Below, piece by piece: positions 41,193 to 50,936 of a stretch of 64,000 nucleotides of DNA. Position 1 is the first letter of the stretch. Every line of letters begins with the position of its first letter. Below the pieces are notes generated by a model. The model was not told the origin of the DNA, did no database searches, and saw only the letters and a program-made list of their open reading frames with translations. The position numbers and the translations under genes are program-made. The DNA is from Elusimicrobiota bacterium (GTDB lineage Bacteria > Elusimicrobiota > Elusimicrobia > F11): positions 768,001-832,000 of the forward strand of contig JBGAON010000001.1 of assembly GCA_044221725.1 (NCBI GenBank), in the 5' to 3' direction.

Positions 41193-41218
41193 ATGTTATG
41201 ATCCGACCTCTTTCATCT

Positions 41219-41292
41219 GGGCCCATAGCTCAGTTGGTTAGAGCACTCCGCTCATAACGGATTGGTCGGTGGTTCAAGTCCACCTGGGCCCA
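41219..41292 (+). tRNA. tRNA with CAT anticodon, probably tRNA-Ile2 (lysidine); CCA not encoded
   Basis: GGGCCCA/TGGGCCC acceptor stem, CTCATAA loop, GGTTCAAGTCC T-arm; resembles ileX, which typically follows rpoD. Confidence 0.9.
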
Positions 41293-41295
41293 TAC

Positions 41296-41367
41296 GGGCA
41301 GTTAGCTCAGCGGGAGAGCGCTCGCCTCACACGCGAGAGGTCATAGGTTCAATCCCTATACTGCCCA
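41296..41367 (+). tRNA. tRNA-Val(CAC); CCA not encoded
   Basis: GGGCAGT/ACTGCCC acceptor stem, CTCGC-CTCACAC-GCGAG anticodon arm, GGTTCAATCCC T-arm. Confidence 0.93.
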
Positions 41368-41387
41368 AATTTTTATACCATCGTTTT

Positions 41388-42137
41388 ATGACCACCGACC
41401 TTTCTTTTCTCATCGAGTTGCAAAAACACGATGCTGCCGTCGATGAAGCCCGCGCGAAAGCCGAAACTCTCACACCGCTGATACAGAAGAAAAACCACCA
41501 AATTGAAACGTTAAAAGCCGACCTCAAAGGCGCGAAAGATGCGCTGTCGAAACACCAAGTTAAAAAAAAGCAACTCGAACTCGACGCCGAAGCGCAAGAG
41601 AAGCTTGTTCAGAAACACCAATCCGAATTGAATTCGCTGAAAAGCAACGACGCGTACAAAGCAATGCTCGGCGAAATTCAAGCAGCGAAAGACGCCGTGG
41701 TGAAAATTGAAGACCAAATCCTCGATCTGATGGCCGAAGTGGACGCCGATGACAAAAAATACAAAGAGCTCGAGAAGAAATTTAAAACCGATGAAGCGGC
41801 CGTAAAGTCCGAAATTCAAAATCTTGAATCGGAGAAGTCGGCGCTGTTGGCCGATGCAAAGAAGAGAGAAGAAGACCGCAACGCCTTCGCCGCCTCGGTA
41901 CCGCCCGCGCTGTTATCGCAATACGAACTCATCCGCGAAAAAGGCGGCGGGCTCGCCATTGTTCCAATGATTAATAGTACCTGTGGCGGTTGCCACATGT
42001 CGCTCACGCAGGCGAAAGCGAACGATGTCCGCAAAGCGAAATCCATGGTGCTTTGCGATTCGTGCAGCCGCATCCTTTATTTGCCCGCCGAACAAGTCGC
42101 TCCCGCAGCACCCGCAGAAGCCGCACCCGCCAACTAA
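41388..42137 (+). CDS. Coiled-coil C4 zinc-ribbon protein (CT398/DUF164-like)
   Basis: LIELQ start, long coiled coil, CGGC...CDSCSRILY; start ATG 41388. Confidence 0.88.
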   Translation: MTTDLSFLIELQKHDAAVDEARAKAETLTPLIQKKNHQIETLKADLKGAKDALSKHQVKKKQLELDAEAQEKLVQKHQSELNSLKSNDAYKAMLGEIQAAKDAVVKIEDQILDLMAEVDADDKKYKELEKKFKTDEAAVKSEIQNLESEKSALLADAKKREEDRNAFAASVPPALLSQYELIREKGGGLAIVPMINSTCGGCHMSLTQAKANDVRKAKSMVLCDSCSRILYLPAEQVAPAAPAEAAPAN

Positions 42138-42231
42138 ATAACCGCAAAACATCATACGCCGTCATCCCGGCCCGACCGTCGCTGTGATTGTTGGGTACTT
42201 TCCTGTCGCATCCCTTCCTATTTCTTTTTCA

Positions 42232-42315
42232 TTGACACCCGTATTTTCACCTATTAAACTGCGTGGACAATTGTGGCTAAAAGTGGCGAATTGTGGATAA
42301 CTCTGTGGACGGTGG
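42232..42315 (+). promoter_or_regulatory. dcw promoter with MraZ-type GTGG repeats
   Basis: TTGACA-17-TAAACT; GTGG at 42263, 42273, 42283, 42293 (10-bp period) and at 42305, 42312. Confidence 0.8.
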
Positions 42316-42330
42316 GGATAACTCAAAGGA

Positions 42331-42777
42331 GTGGTGGCTTTGTTTCTAGGGACGTACGAATACACGATCGATGCGAAGGGACGGCTGTTTCTCCCAGCGA
42401 AATTGCGCGAAGGCGAACTCACAAAAGGTGGAAACTTTGTGGTGACGCGTGGGCTCGAGAACTGTTTGTACATCTACGACACCGAAACGTTTCATGGCCC
42501 CGTCTTAAAACGCCTCGAAAATTTGCAAGTGAAGAACCAGCAGGATGGCCGTGCGTTCAAGCGGCTTTTGCTGGCCGGCGCGCAGGAAGTTTCGCTTGAT
42601 GAAATGGGCCGCGTGATCGTCCCGAAGACGCTCATTGATTACGCGGATTTGAAAAAAGATGTGGTTTTGCTTGGCGTAGGGGAACGCATCGAACTTTGGT
42701 CCGCCGCGCGTTGGACCGCGTACAGCAAGAAAGCGGCCAGCACGTTCCAGAAAATGGGCAAGCATTTGGAAATATGA
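42331..42777 (+). CDS. mraZ: Division/cell wall cluster repressor
   Basis: IDAKGRL, TRGLENCL, LDEMGRV, GERIELW. Confidence 0.95.
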   Translation: MVALFLGTYEYTIDAKGRLFLPAKLREGELTKGGNFVVTRGLENCLYIYDTETFHGPVLKRLENLQVKNQQDGRAFKRLLLAGAQEVSLDEMGRVIVPKTLIDYADLKKDVVLLGVGERIELWSAARWTAYSKKAASTFQKMGKHLEI

Positions 42778-42781
42778 CGAC

Positions 42782-42898
42782 GTCATTGCGAGGTCCCATC
42801 CTTAATGAACATTAATAAGAAGGGGCCGAAGCAATCTTCCGTAGGGATTGGTTCTCCAGCACCAATTTATGAATTCAATGATGCTGGCTCGCAATGAC
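42782..42898. repeat. GTCATTGCGAG-type palindromic element
   Basis: Perfect terminal inverted repeats GTCATTGCGAG...CTCGCAATGAC, internal GAAGCAATC/GATTG. Confidence 0.8.
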
Positions 42899-42904
42899 AC
42901 ACGC

Positions 42905-43792
42905 ATGCACAAAAGCGTCTTGCTCAATGAAACAATCGATTTTCTCAACATTCAGCCGAACGGTTTTTATGTCGATGGCACATTGGGGCTTGGCGGTCAC
43001 GCCGAAGCCATCCTTGCGAGGTTAAACAATGACGGTCGATTACTTGGGCTTGATGTGGATTCTCAGAATCTGGAAAAGGCACGCGAACGGCTCAAGCCGT
43101 TTGGACAGCGAGTTCATTTAAAGCAAAAGAATTTTCGCGACGTCGGGTTCGCGCTCGATGAGTTGGCGTGGCCGGAAGTCGATGGCATGTTGTTCGACTT
43201 GGGTGTCGCCAGCCCACAGATCGATGTCGCCGAGCGGGGGCTTAGTTTTCAGTCCGAAGGTCCGCTCGATATGCGGTTGGACCAGAGTGGGAAAGAGACG
43301 GCGCTGACGCTGCTCCACAAGATGGACGAGCGCGCATTGGAATCGGTGCTGCACGAATTTGGGGAAGAGCGGTTCGCTCGGAAACTCAGTCGAAGTATTT
43401 TGGCAGCGGTGGCAGCGGGCGCTGTTAAGACAACGAAGGATTTGGCCGCGGTTTGCGAGCGAGCGATCGGCCGGCACGGAAAAACGCATCCGGCAACGCG
43501 TGTTTTTCTGGCGCTGCGCGCCACCGTGAACGATGAACTTGGCGCGTTGCGATCGATGTTGGCGGTGGCACCCGCGCGACTTAAAAAGGGAGGACGATTG
43601 GCCATCATTTCGTTTCACTCGTTGGAAGATCGAATGGTGAAAGAAACGTTCCGGTCGCTCACGAACGAGAATTCATCCCCAAAACAATTTTCCCTTCTCA
43701 CGAAAAAACCCGTTGTTCCGTCCGACGCCGAACAATCCGAAAATCCACGCTCCCGCAGCGCGAAATTGCGCGTGATCGAAAGGACGGCCTGA
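42905..43792 (+). CDS. rsmH: 16S rRNA m4C1402 methyltransferase
   Basis: HKSVLL, DGTLGLGGH, DLGV, PLDMR, SFHSLEDR, NPRSRSAKLR; start ATG 42905. Confidence 0.96.
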   Translation: MHKSVLLNETIDFLNIQPNGFYVDGTLGLGGHAEAILARLNNDGRLLGLDVDSQNLEKARERLKPFGQRVHLKQKNFRDVGFALDELAWPEVDGMLFDLGVASPQIDVAERGLSFQSEGPLDMRLDQSGKETALTLLHKMDERALESVLHEFGEERFARKLSRSILAAVAAGAVKTTKDLAAVCERAIGRHGKTHPATRVFLALRATVNDELGALRSMLAVAPARLKKGGRLAIISFHSLEDRMVKETFRSLTNENSSPKQFSLLTKKPVVPSDAEQSENPRSRSAKLRVIERTA

Positions 43793-43793
43793 T

Positions 43794-44084
43794 ATGCGCG
43801 AAAGAAACTCGGCGGCCACATACGAGCCGTTGCGTCGTGTGGGCACTGTGTTTGGGATCGCCGGTGCGTTGCTTTTCATGCGCGTGTGGTGGCCCATTCA
43901 AGCGGAACGCAATTTGCAGAAGCTGCGCAAAGTAGAAACCCAAATCTTTCAGAAAAAATCAGAGCTCAATATATTGAACGAGCGTTACTCTGCGATGACG
44001 TCTCTCACCGTGCTCGATCAATGGGCCAAAAAACATGGGACCTGGGTGCCCGCTGGTGCGAACAATGTCATTCCGATCGAATAA
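43794..44084 (+). CDS. ftsL: Cell division protein FtsL-like
   Basis: One TM plus coiled coil, between rsmH and ftsI. Confidence 0.65.
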   Translation: MRERNSAATYEPLRRVGTVFGIAGALLFMRVWWPIQAERNLQKLRKVETQIFQKKSELNILNERYSAMTSLTVLDQWAKKHGTWVPAGANNVIPIE

Positions 44085-45771
44085 GAAAGCATCGTTCGTT
44101 GCGCCGATTCACGGTCGCTTCTTCGCTGTGCGGGCCGGCGTATTTTTTATTTTTGCGATGCTGGCCGCGCGCCTTGTTTATGTGCAAGGCGTTCTGCGCA
44201 GCGATCTGCAATTGCGGGCGGACCGTCAGTGCCCCGTGAACGTGACCCAAAATTCCGTTCGTTATCGCATCGCGGACCGCAACGGGTCAACGCTCGCTGA
44301 AACCGTTGAGGTTGCGTCGTGTTTTGTTGATCCCTCGCTTGTGCCGAACAAGCCAGCGCTCGCCAAGAAATTGGCGCCGATGCTCGGTTTGTCGGAATCC
44401 GCGCTCGAAACAAAATTGCGCAAAGCAAAAGGTTCGTTTGTTTGGATCAAACGTGATGTTCCGGCCACTGTTGTGCCGGTCATTAAGGAAAAGAAATTTC
44501 CGGGCGTCGCGTTTATGCAAGAGAAACGCCGGCACTACCCGATGGGCGTAATGGCCGCGCATCTCCTTGGATTTGTGGGACACGAGGGAGTGGGGCTTTC
44601 CGGAATTGAGAGCAATTTGAATCAGGTGCTCACACCAGCCGTCGACGACGAGAATGTTCCGGCTAAGAAAGACGCACGACCCGTCGGCAATGTTCAATTA
44701 ACAATTGATAGTTCGATTCAGCAGATTTGCGAGCGCGAGCTCGAATGGGGAGCAAAAAAAACGGGCGCCAAGAAAGCGATGGTCGTCGTACAAAATCCGT
44801 GGAGTGGAGAAATACTCGCGATGGCGTCGTGGCCGCCGGTGTCGTTGGATCCGGATCAGCCGTCGCCGCCCGGCGAATTGCGCGTGCCAACCATCGTCGA
44901 TGTGTTTGAGCCCGGTTCCACTTTTAAAGTCGTGACCGCCGCGGCGGCAATTGAGGAAAAGTTGGTTTCCGATCGTGATGTGTTCGATGGCGAAAACGGC
45001 GCTTGGAAAGTGGCCGACATTACCATTCACGATCACGAGCCGCTCCGTCGCATGACGTTCGATGACATTATTGTTCACTCCTCGAACATCGGCACGGCAA
45101 AAATCGCCGAACGCATCGGCTCGGCGCGGTTGTATCAATACGCTCGACTTTTTGGTTTTGGCGTGCAACCGGGCACCGGTTTGATTGGTGAGGCGAAAGG
45201 AATTTTGCGGCCGCCGAACAAATGGAGTGGCGTTTCGAAATACGTGGTGTCGTTCGGCCAAGAAATTAGCGTGACCGCGATCCAACTGGTGGGCGCCTAT
45301 TCGGCGATTGCGAACGGTGGAGTCTTGATGGAGCCGCGAATAATCAAGGACATTGTGTCGGAGAATGGCGACGTTCTCTGGAACCAACCCGCCGCTGAAG
45401 TGCGCCGCGTGGTTGCACCGGAGACCGCAAAAAAGCTCACGTCGATGCTGACCAAAGTCGTCGAGAAAGGAACCGGTGTGAACGCGCAAATTCAGTGGGA
45501 CCCTTCAACGAAGGTCGCTGGAAAAACCGGAACCGCTCAGAAATGGGACAGCGTGCGCCACCGTTATCACGATTTGTTGGCGTTGGTTTCGTTCTGTGGA
45601 TTTTTTCCCGTGGATCATCCGAAACTAACCATGCTCGTTATTTTGGATGAGCCCGAAGGGCGCCGCTTTGGCGGTTTGGACGCCGCGCCAATTTTCCGGC
45701 GCATTGCCGAACAATTGAGCCCGCGGCTTTTAGCGCTCGAAAACGAAACCGGGGTTTCGAAACCTTCATGA
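44065..45771 (+). CDS. ftsI: Class B penicillin-binding protein
   Basis: EPGSTFK, SSN, KTGTAQK; N-terminal TM. Confidence 0.92.
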   Translation: MSFRSNKKASFVAPIHGRFFAVRAGVFFIFAMLAARLVYVQGVLRSDLQLRADRQCPVNVTQNSVRYRIADRNGSTLAETVEVASCFVDPSLVPNKPALAKKLAPMLGLSESALETKLRKAKGSFVWIKRDVPATVVPVIKEKKFPGVAFMQEKRRHYPMGVMAAHLLGFVGHEGVGLSGIESNLNQVLTPAVDDENVPAKKDARPVGNVQLTIDSSIQQICERELEWGAKKTGAKKAMVVVQNPWSGEILAMASWPPVSLDPDQPSPPGELRVPTIVDVFEPGSTFKVVTAAAAIEEKLVSDRDVFDGENGAWKVADITIHDHEPLRRMTFDDIIVHSSNIGTAKIAERIGSARLYQYARLFGFGVQPGTGLIGEAKGILRPPNKWSGVSKYVVSFGQEISVTAIQLVGAYSAIANGGVLMEPRIIKDIVSENGDVLWNQPAAEVRRVVAPETAKKLTSMLTKVVEKGTGVNAQIQWDPSTKVAGKTGTAQKWDSVRHRYHDLLALVSFCGFFPVDHPKLTMLVILDEPEGRRFGGLDAAPIFRRIAEQLSPRLLALENETGVSKPS

Positions 45772-47210
45772 AGCTGCGCGATCTTTTGGCCGCCGCGAAA
45801 GCGGATTCCCGCAGCGATGCCGATAGAGAGGTGACCGGACTCGCTTACGATTCGCGTCTCGTCAAAAAAGGCGATCTTTTCTTTGCCATAAAAGGTGTGC
45901 ACAGCGACGGTCATGATTTCGTAAATGATGTGGCCGCCAGAGGCGCTGTCGCGGCGATCGTTGAGAAACCAGTTTCCGCCAAAATACCGACACTTCAAGA
46001 GCGATCGGTGTTGCGCGCGATGTCAAAAATTTCGGCTGTTTTCTTTGATCGGCCCTCCGAAAAAATTCCGGTGATTGGTATCACGGGGACGAACGGAAAA
46101 ACCACCACAACGTACATCATTGAGGAAATTCTTGCGTCGGCGGGGAAAACCTGCGGCGTGCTTGGAACCGTGAATTACCGCATCGGAAGCGATATTCGCC
46201 CGGCCCCGAACACAACTCCGATGTCACTCGACGTGCAGCAATTTCTCGCCGACACCGTGCAACGGAAATGCGCGGCGGTTGCCATGGAAGTATCGTCGCA
46301 TGCGCTCGAGCTTAACCGCGTTGATGACGTTACGTTCGCGGTCGGTGTTTTCACGAACCTCACACAGGATCATTTGGATTTTCATGGAACGATGGATCGT
46401 TATTTTGAGGCGAAACGAAAACTGTTTAAACGGCCCGAACCGGTCACGCCGGTCATCAACGTGGACGATGAGTACGGCGTGCGCTTGGCGAAAGAATTTC
46501 CGAGCGCGATCACGTTCGGCCAAAGCGAAGCGGCGCGGCTGCGCGCGAGCGCGATTTCTTCCAATCTTAAAGGGATTCGTTTCCAACTCACATTTCCGTC
46601 AAAGATTTCGTATGAGATAGCGAACAATTTGTTGGGCCATCACAATATTTCAAATTGTTTGGCGGCCGCCGGTGCGCTGTTCGCGTTTGGACTGAAAGAA
46701 AGCGACATCGTGAAAGGTTTAAATCAGACACTGGCCGTGCCCGGTCGGCTCGAGCGCGTGGAGGCCGGACAAAAATTTGTGGTGGCCGTTGATTACGCGC
46801 ACACGCACGATGCGCTTGCTCAGGTTTTGACCACACTGCGCAACACGAACCCAAAAAATCTCATCTGTGTCTTCGGTGCCGGCGGCGACCGCGACAAAAC
46901 AAAGCGACCGAAGATGGGCGAGGTGTCGGTTCGGTTGGCGGACAAAGTTTTCGTGACGTCGGACAATCCGCGCTCCGAAGATCCGAAAATGATCATGAAA
47001 GATATTGAGGCCGGAATTAAGAAGACCGGCAAAAAAAATTACACGCTGATTGAAGACCGCGAAGAAGCGATTCGGCAGGCCGTGAAAGCCGCGGGTCCCG
47101 AAGACATCGTGCTCATCGCTGGTAAAGGACACGAGACCTATCAGATTTACGGAACAAAGAAGATTCATTTCTCAGATTTGGAAGTCGCCAGCAAGGTTCT
47201 CCGTCAATGA
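45768..47210 (+). CDS. murE: UDP-MurNAc-tripeptide synthetase (mDAP type)
   Basis: TGTNGKTT, MEVSSH, DHLDFH, DYAHT, DNPR. Confidence 0.96.
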   Translation: MKLRDLLAAAKADSRSDADREVTGLAYDSRLVKKGDLFFAIKGVHSDGHDFVNDVAARGAVAAIVEKPVSAKIPTLQERSVLRAMSKISAVFFDRPSEKIPVIGITGTNGKTTTTYIIEEILASAGKTCGVLGTVNYRIGSDIRPAPNTTPMSLDVQQFLADTVQRKCAAVAMEVSSHALELNRVDDVTFAVGVFTNLTQDHLDFHGTMDRYFEAKRKLFKRPEPVTPVINVDDEYGVRLAKEFPSAITFGQSEAARLRASAISSNLKGIRFQLTFPSKISYEIANNLLGHHNISNCLAAAGALFAFGLKESDIVKGLNQTLAVPGRLERVEAGQKFVVAVDYAHTHDALAQVLTTLRNTNPKNLICVFGAGGDRDKTKRPKMGEVSVRLADKVFVTSDNPRSEDPKMIMKDIEAGIKKTGKKNYTLIEDREEAIRQAVKAAGPEDIVLIAGKGHETYQIYGTKKIHFSDLEVASKVLRQ

Positions 47211-48580
47211 ACGCCACCATTAAAGATATCACGAATGTTTTGCACGGTCAGTTGATTCTTGGGGATCCCAAGGCGGTTGTGTCGGGCGCGGCCGTCGATT
47301 CACGGCAAGTGGAACCCGGTATTTTGTTTTTTGCGTTTAAAGGAGAGAAACAGGACGGTCACGATTTCGCGTTGAACGCGAGCCGCCAAGGCGCGTCCGG
47401 TGTTGTTGTCACCCATTTGGATTGGATGAAACACGATCCGAATCTCACGACCGCCGTCATCCGTGTTCAAGAGCCAATCGAGGCATTGCGATTTCTTGGT
47501 CAACATCTGCGCAATTCGTTTAAGGGGCCGGTCGTTGGCATCACCGGTTCAAACGGTAAAACGACCACGAAGCAGATGGTCACGCGAATTTTGCAGACGC
47601 TGGGACCCGGTTTGTCGACGCCCGGTAACTACAACAGTCAAATCGGTTTGCCGCTCGCGTTGTCCAAATTGCGACCGGAATACAAATGGATGGTTTTGGA
47701 AATGGGAGCGTCCGCGCCTGGAAATATTGCGGCGCTTGCCGAAATTGCACGGCCGACGGTGGGCGTGATCACCAGCATTGGCCCCGCGCATCTTGAAACG
47801 TTCGGATCCATCGAGCGCGTGGCCGATACGAAATGGGAACTCATGGATTCTCTTCCGACCGATGGGACAGCGATCGTGCCTTGGGCCGAACCGCATCTGG
47901 AGCGGCTGGTGCGAAGCTTTAAGAAAAAGATTGTCTATTTCGGAGATTCGTCGTCGTGTCCCGTTCGCGCAACGGCTGTTGAAGTTGGCGAGAGCACAAA
48001 GTTTATGCTTCATATCGCATCTCAGAACGCGCCGGTGACGCTGAAGTTGCCCGGGCGTCACAACGTGACGAACGCACTGGCCGCGGCGGCCGCCGGTTGG
48101 GTGCTTGGTTGCACCTTCACACAGATTGTCGATGGTCTCGAAAATTTCGAGCCTCCCAAAATGCGCATGCAGATCGTTCCTCATGCATCGGGGGCCGTGC
48201 TCGTGAACGATGCGTACAACGCAAACCCCGCGTCGATGTTGGTCGCGGTGCGTTCGCTTGTTGAAACATACCCAACCAAAAAGCGCGTGCTTGTGATCGG
48301 ATCAATGAAGGAATTGGGTTCCGAGTCCGAGAAATACCACTTTCATATTGGCGTCGAGCTCGCACACTTCCCATTGGAGAAAGTCTTTCTCGTGGGCCCC
48401 GAAACAAAACAGATCCTTGAGGGGGCCATCTCGGCCGGCGCGCCGAAAGAAAAGTTTTCGCTGTTCGAAACAGCCGCGGACGCGGCCGGTGCCGTGAAAC
48501 CGTATGTTCAACCGAACACCGTAGTTTTCTTTAAGGGCTCGCGCAGCGTCCAGCTGGAGAAAGTGGTGGAGCTGCTGTAA
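47207..48580 (+). CDS. murF: UDP-MurNAc-pentapeptide ligase
   Basis: TGSNGKTTTK, NDAYNANP, KGSR. Confidence 0.95.
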   Translation: MNATIKDITNVLHGQLILGDPKAVVSGAAVDSRQVEPGILFFAFKGEKQDGHDFALNASRQGASGVVVTHLDWMKHDPNLTTAVIRVQEPIEALRFLGQHLRNSFKGPVVGITGSNGKTTTKQMVTRILQTLGPGLSTPGNYNSQIGLPLALSKLRPEYKWMVLEMGASAPGNIAALAEIARPTVGVITSIGPAHLETFGSIERVADTKWELMDSLPTDGTAIVPWAEPHLERLVRSFKKKIVYFGDSSSCPVRATAVEVGESTKFMLHIASQNAPVTLKLPGRHNVTNALAAAAAGWVLGCTFTQIVDGLENFEPPKMRMQIVPHASGAVLVNDAYNANPASMLVAVRSLVETYPTKKRVLVIGSMKELGSESEKYHFHIGVELAHFPLEKVFLVGPETKQILEGAISAGAPKEKFSLFETAADAAGAVKPYVQPNTVVFFKGSRSVQLEKVVELL

Positions 48581-49665
48581 TGTTTTACGCGTTGGCGCAG
48601 TTCCGCTCATTTTGGTTTCCCGTCAATGTGTTCCAGTACATCACGTTCCGAACGGGCGGCGCGTTCCTTACGGCGTTGTTGATCATGTTAATTTTTGGTC
48701 AAAGATTTATTGACCTCGTGAAACGCTGGGAGGTCACTCAGAGCATTCGTGAGTACGGTCCGCAAACCCATTTAAAGAAAGCCGGAACACCGACGATGGG
48801 CGGCCTTCTTATGTTGGCGGCGCTGGTCGTGGCCACACTTCTATGGGCTCGGCTCAACAATCGGTTCATTCTGTTAACACTGATCTCGGCGGTTTATCTG
48901 GGTACGCTCGGTTTTTGGGACGACTACAAAAAGCTTATTCTTAAACACCCGTCGAAAGGTTTGTCGCAGGGTGGAAAGATTCTTTTTCAACTGATTTGGG
49001 CCGTGGGCGTAACCGCGTACTTGTATTTGTATCCACCGAACGATTCGTTTGGCACGCATGTGCAAGTGCCGTATTTGAAAAATGTCTTTCTTAATTTGAA
49101 CTCGTTCATCATTTTGTTCGGCATGGTGGCGGTCATTGGCGCTTCGAATGCGGTGAATCTCACCGACGGCCTGGATGGGCTTGCGTGTGGCACGCTGCTG
49201 ATCAGCGCGCTCGCGTACGGCGTTTTTGCGTATCTGGCGGGAAACGCGAAGCTGTCGTCGTACTTGCGGCTTATTCCGGTGACGGGTGCGGGAGAACTAA
49301 CCGTTTATCTGGGCGCCATGGCCGGTGCGTGTCTTGGATTTTTGTGGTTCAATGGGTATCCAGCGGCGATTTTTATGGGTGACACCGGGTCACTTTTTCT
49401 TGGCGGCACCATTGGGCTCGTCGCTATCTCGATTAAGCAAGAAATTATGCTCATCATTGTCGGGGGAATTTTTGTGGCCGAAGCCGGGTCGGTGCTGTTG
49501 CAAATCGGATCGCTAAAACTTTTTAAGCGGCGCGTTTTCAAAATGTCGCCGCTTCATCATCACTTTGAAATGCTGGGATGGCCAGAAACCAAAGTTACGC
49601 TTCGGTTCTGGATTATCGCGGTGGTTCTCGCGCTCCTGGCCATGACTTCGCTCAAGCTGCGATGA
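48580..49665 (+). CDS. mraY: Phospho-MurNAc-pentapeptide transferase
   Basis: GTPTMGG, NAVNLTDGLDG, FMGDTGS, PLHHHFE. Confidence 0.97.
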   Translation: MFYALAQFRSFWFPVNVFQYITFRTGGAFLTALLIMLIFGQRFIDLVKRWEVTQSIREYGPQTHLKKAGTPTMGGLLMLAALVVATLLWARLNNRFILLTLISAVYLGTLGFWDDYKKLILKHPSKGLSQGGKILFQLIWAVGVTAYLYLYPPNDSFGTHVQVPYLKNVFLNLNSFIILFGMVAVIGASNAVNLTDGLDGLACGTLLISALAYGVFAYLAGNAKLSSYLRLIPVTGAGELTVYLGAMAGACLGFLWFNGYPAAIFMGDTGSLFLGGTIGLVAISIKQEIMLIIVGGIFVAEAGSVLLQIGSLKLFKRRVFKMSPLHHHFEMLGWPETKVTLRFWIIAVVLALLAMTSLKLR

Positions 49666-50936
49666 AAAACAAGAACGTGGTCGTGGTCGGTGCGGCCAAA
49701 TCGGGCCTCGCCGCGGCCCGTTTGCTGCTCAAGAAAGGCGCTCGCGTCACGCTCGTCGACGAGCAACCGCGCGCGAAACTCACGAAAGTGCTTGTTGGTC
49801 TTCCGAAACGGATCGCGGTAAAAGCCGGCTCCAAGAAATTCTTCTCTCCAAATTGGGACCTCGTCGTGGTCAGCCCTGGTGTACCTTGGGATCATCCGGA
49901 GCTCGTGAAAGCGCGTCGAGCTGGAATTCCGGTGTGGCCGGAGCTCGAACTTGCGTGGCGGTTCGTGAATCCAAAGAAAACCATCGCGATCACGGGAACC
50001 AACGGAAAAACAACGACAACCGCTCTGATTGGTCACATTTTAAAACGCGCCGGGCGTCCAACGATGGTGGCTGGAAATATTGGAACGCCGCTCAGCGCTC
50101 TGACCGAAAAAATTTCGAATTCCACGTATCTTGTGCTCGAGGCGTCGAGCTATCAGCTTGAAGCGCATCAAACATTTCATCCGAACGTCGGAGTTTTTCT
50201 GAATCTCACACCGGACCATTTGAAACGTCACGGAACAATGGCCGGATACGCGGCCGCGAAAGCGCGGCTGTTTGAGCAAATGTCCGGTCTCGATACGGCA
50301 GTGTTGAACGGCCGCGATCCGTGGGTGCGCAAGGTCGCGAAAAACATTCTCGCGAAGAAAGTGTTTTTTCCGAATCCGGTCGATAAAAAAATCGCGGCGT
50401 CCATTGCGCTTCCGGGCCAACACAATTTTGAAAACGCGATGGCCGCGTCCGTTGCCTGCCGCGCCGTGGGGCTCAGCGATCGTGAAATTCGGGACGGTCT
50501 GCGGACATTTAAAGGAGTGCCGCATCGCATCGAATTCATACGTGAGTTGTCGGGGGTTCGTTACTTTAATGACTCGAAGGCGACGAACGTGGATTCCACG
50601 ATAGTGGCGCTCAAATCTTTCGGAGATCCCGTTCATTTGATTTTGGGTGGCGAGCACAAAGGCTCGCCGTACACGCCGCTGATTCCGCTCATTAAGAAAA
50701 CCGTTAAGAAAATTTATTCGATCGGGGACGCCGCACCCGTTATCGCGCACGACTTGAAAAATGTCGCGCCCATCGATGCGGCTCGCACGTTGGCGAACGC
50801 CGTGAGCGACGCGCGAAAAAACGCTGCAAAGGGCGACGTGGTTTTGTTGTCGCCCGCGTGCGCGTCGTTCGACCAATTCAAAAACTTCGAGCACCGCGGC
50901 GAAGAGTTCGCCAGACTCGTGTGGGGCCTCAAGTGA
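49662..50936 (+). CDS. murD: UDP-MurNAc-L-Ala:D-Glu ligase
   Basis: SPG, TGTNGKTT, SSYQL, NDSKATN, SPACASFDQF; start ATG 49662. Confidence 0.95.
   Translation: MKNKNVVVVGAAKSGLAAARLLLKKGARVTLVDEQPRAKLTKVLVGLPKRIAVKAGSKKFFSPNWDLVVVSPGVPWDHPELVKARRAGIPVWPELELAWRFVNPKKTIAITGTNGKTTTTALIGHILKRAGRPTMVAGNIGTPLSALTEKISNSTYLVLEASSYQLEAHQTFHPNVGVFLNLTPDHLKRHGTMAGYAAAKARLFEQMSGLDTAVLNGRDPWVRKVAKNILAKKVFFPNPVDKKIAASIALPGQHNFENAMAASVACRAVGLSDREIRDGLRTFKGVPHRIEFIRELSGVRYFNDSKATNVDSTIVALKSFGDPVHLILGGEHKGSPYTPLIPLIKKTVKKIYSIGDAAPVIAHDLKNVAPIDAARTLANAVSDARKNAAKGDVVLLSPACASFDQFKNFEHRGEEFARLVWGLK

Noticed and set aside
31110..41370. tRNA-anchored genomic island or prophage containing the giant gene
   Set aside because: No integrase, phage genes or visible att duplication; the gene lies 5' of the tRNAs.
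41262..41387. N-terminal extension of the zinc-ribbon ORF
   Set aside because: It overlaps two tRNA genes; the real start is ATG 41388.
42159..42215. Possible RNase P RNA after the zinc-ribbon gene (GACCGTCGCTG; AGGAAAGT on the minus strand)
   Set aside because: The intergenic space is far too short and the motifs are on opposite strands.
42848..42904. N-terminal extension of RsmH
   Set aside because: It derives from the palindromic element; the conserved protein begins at MHKSVLL (42905).
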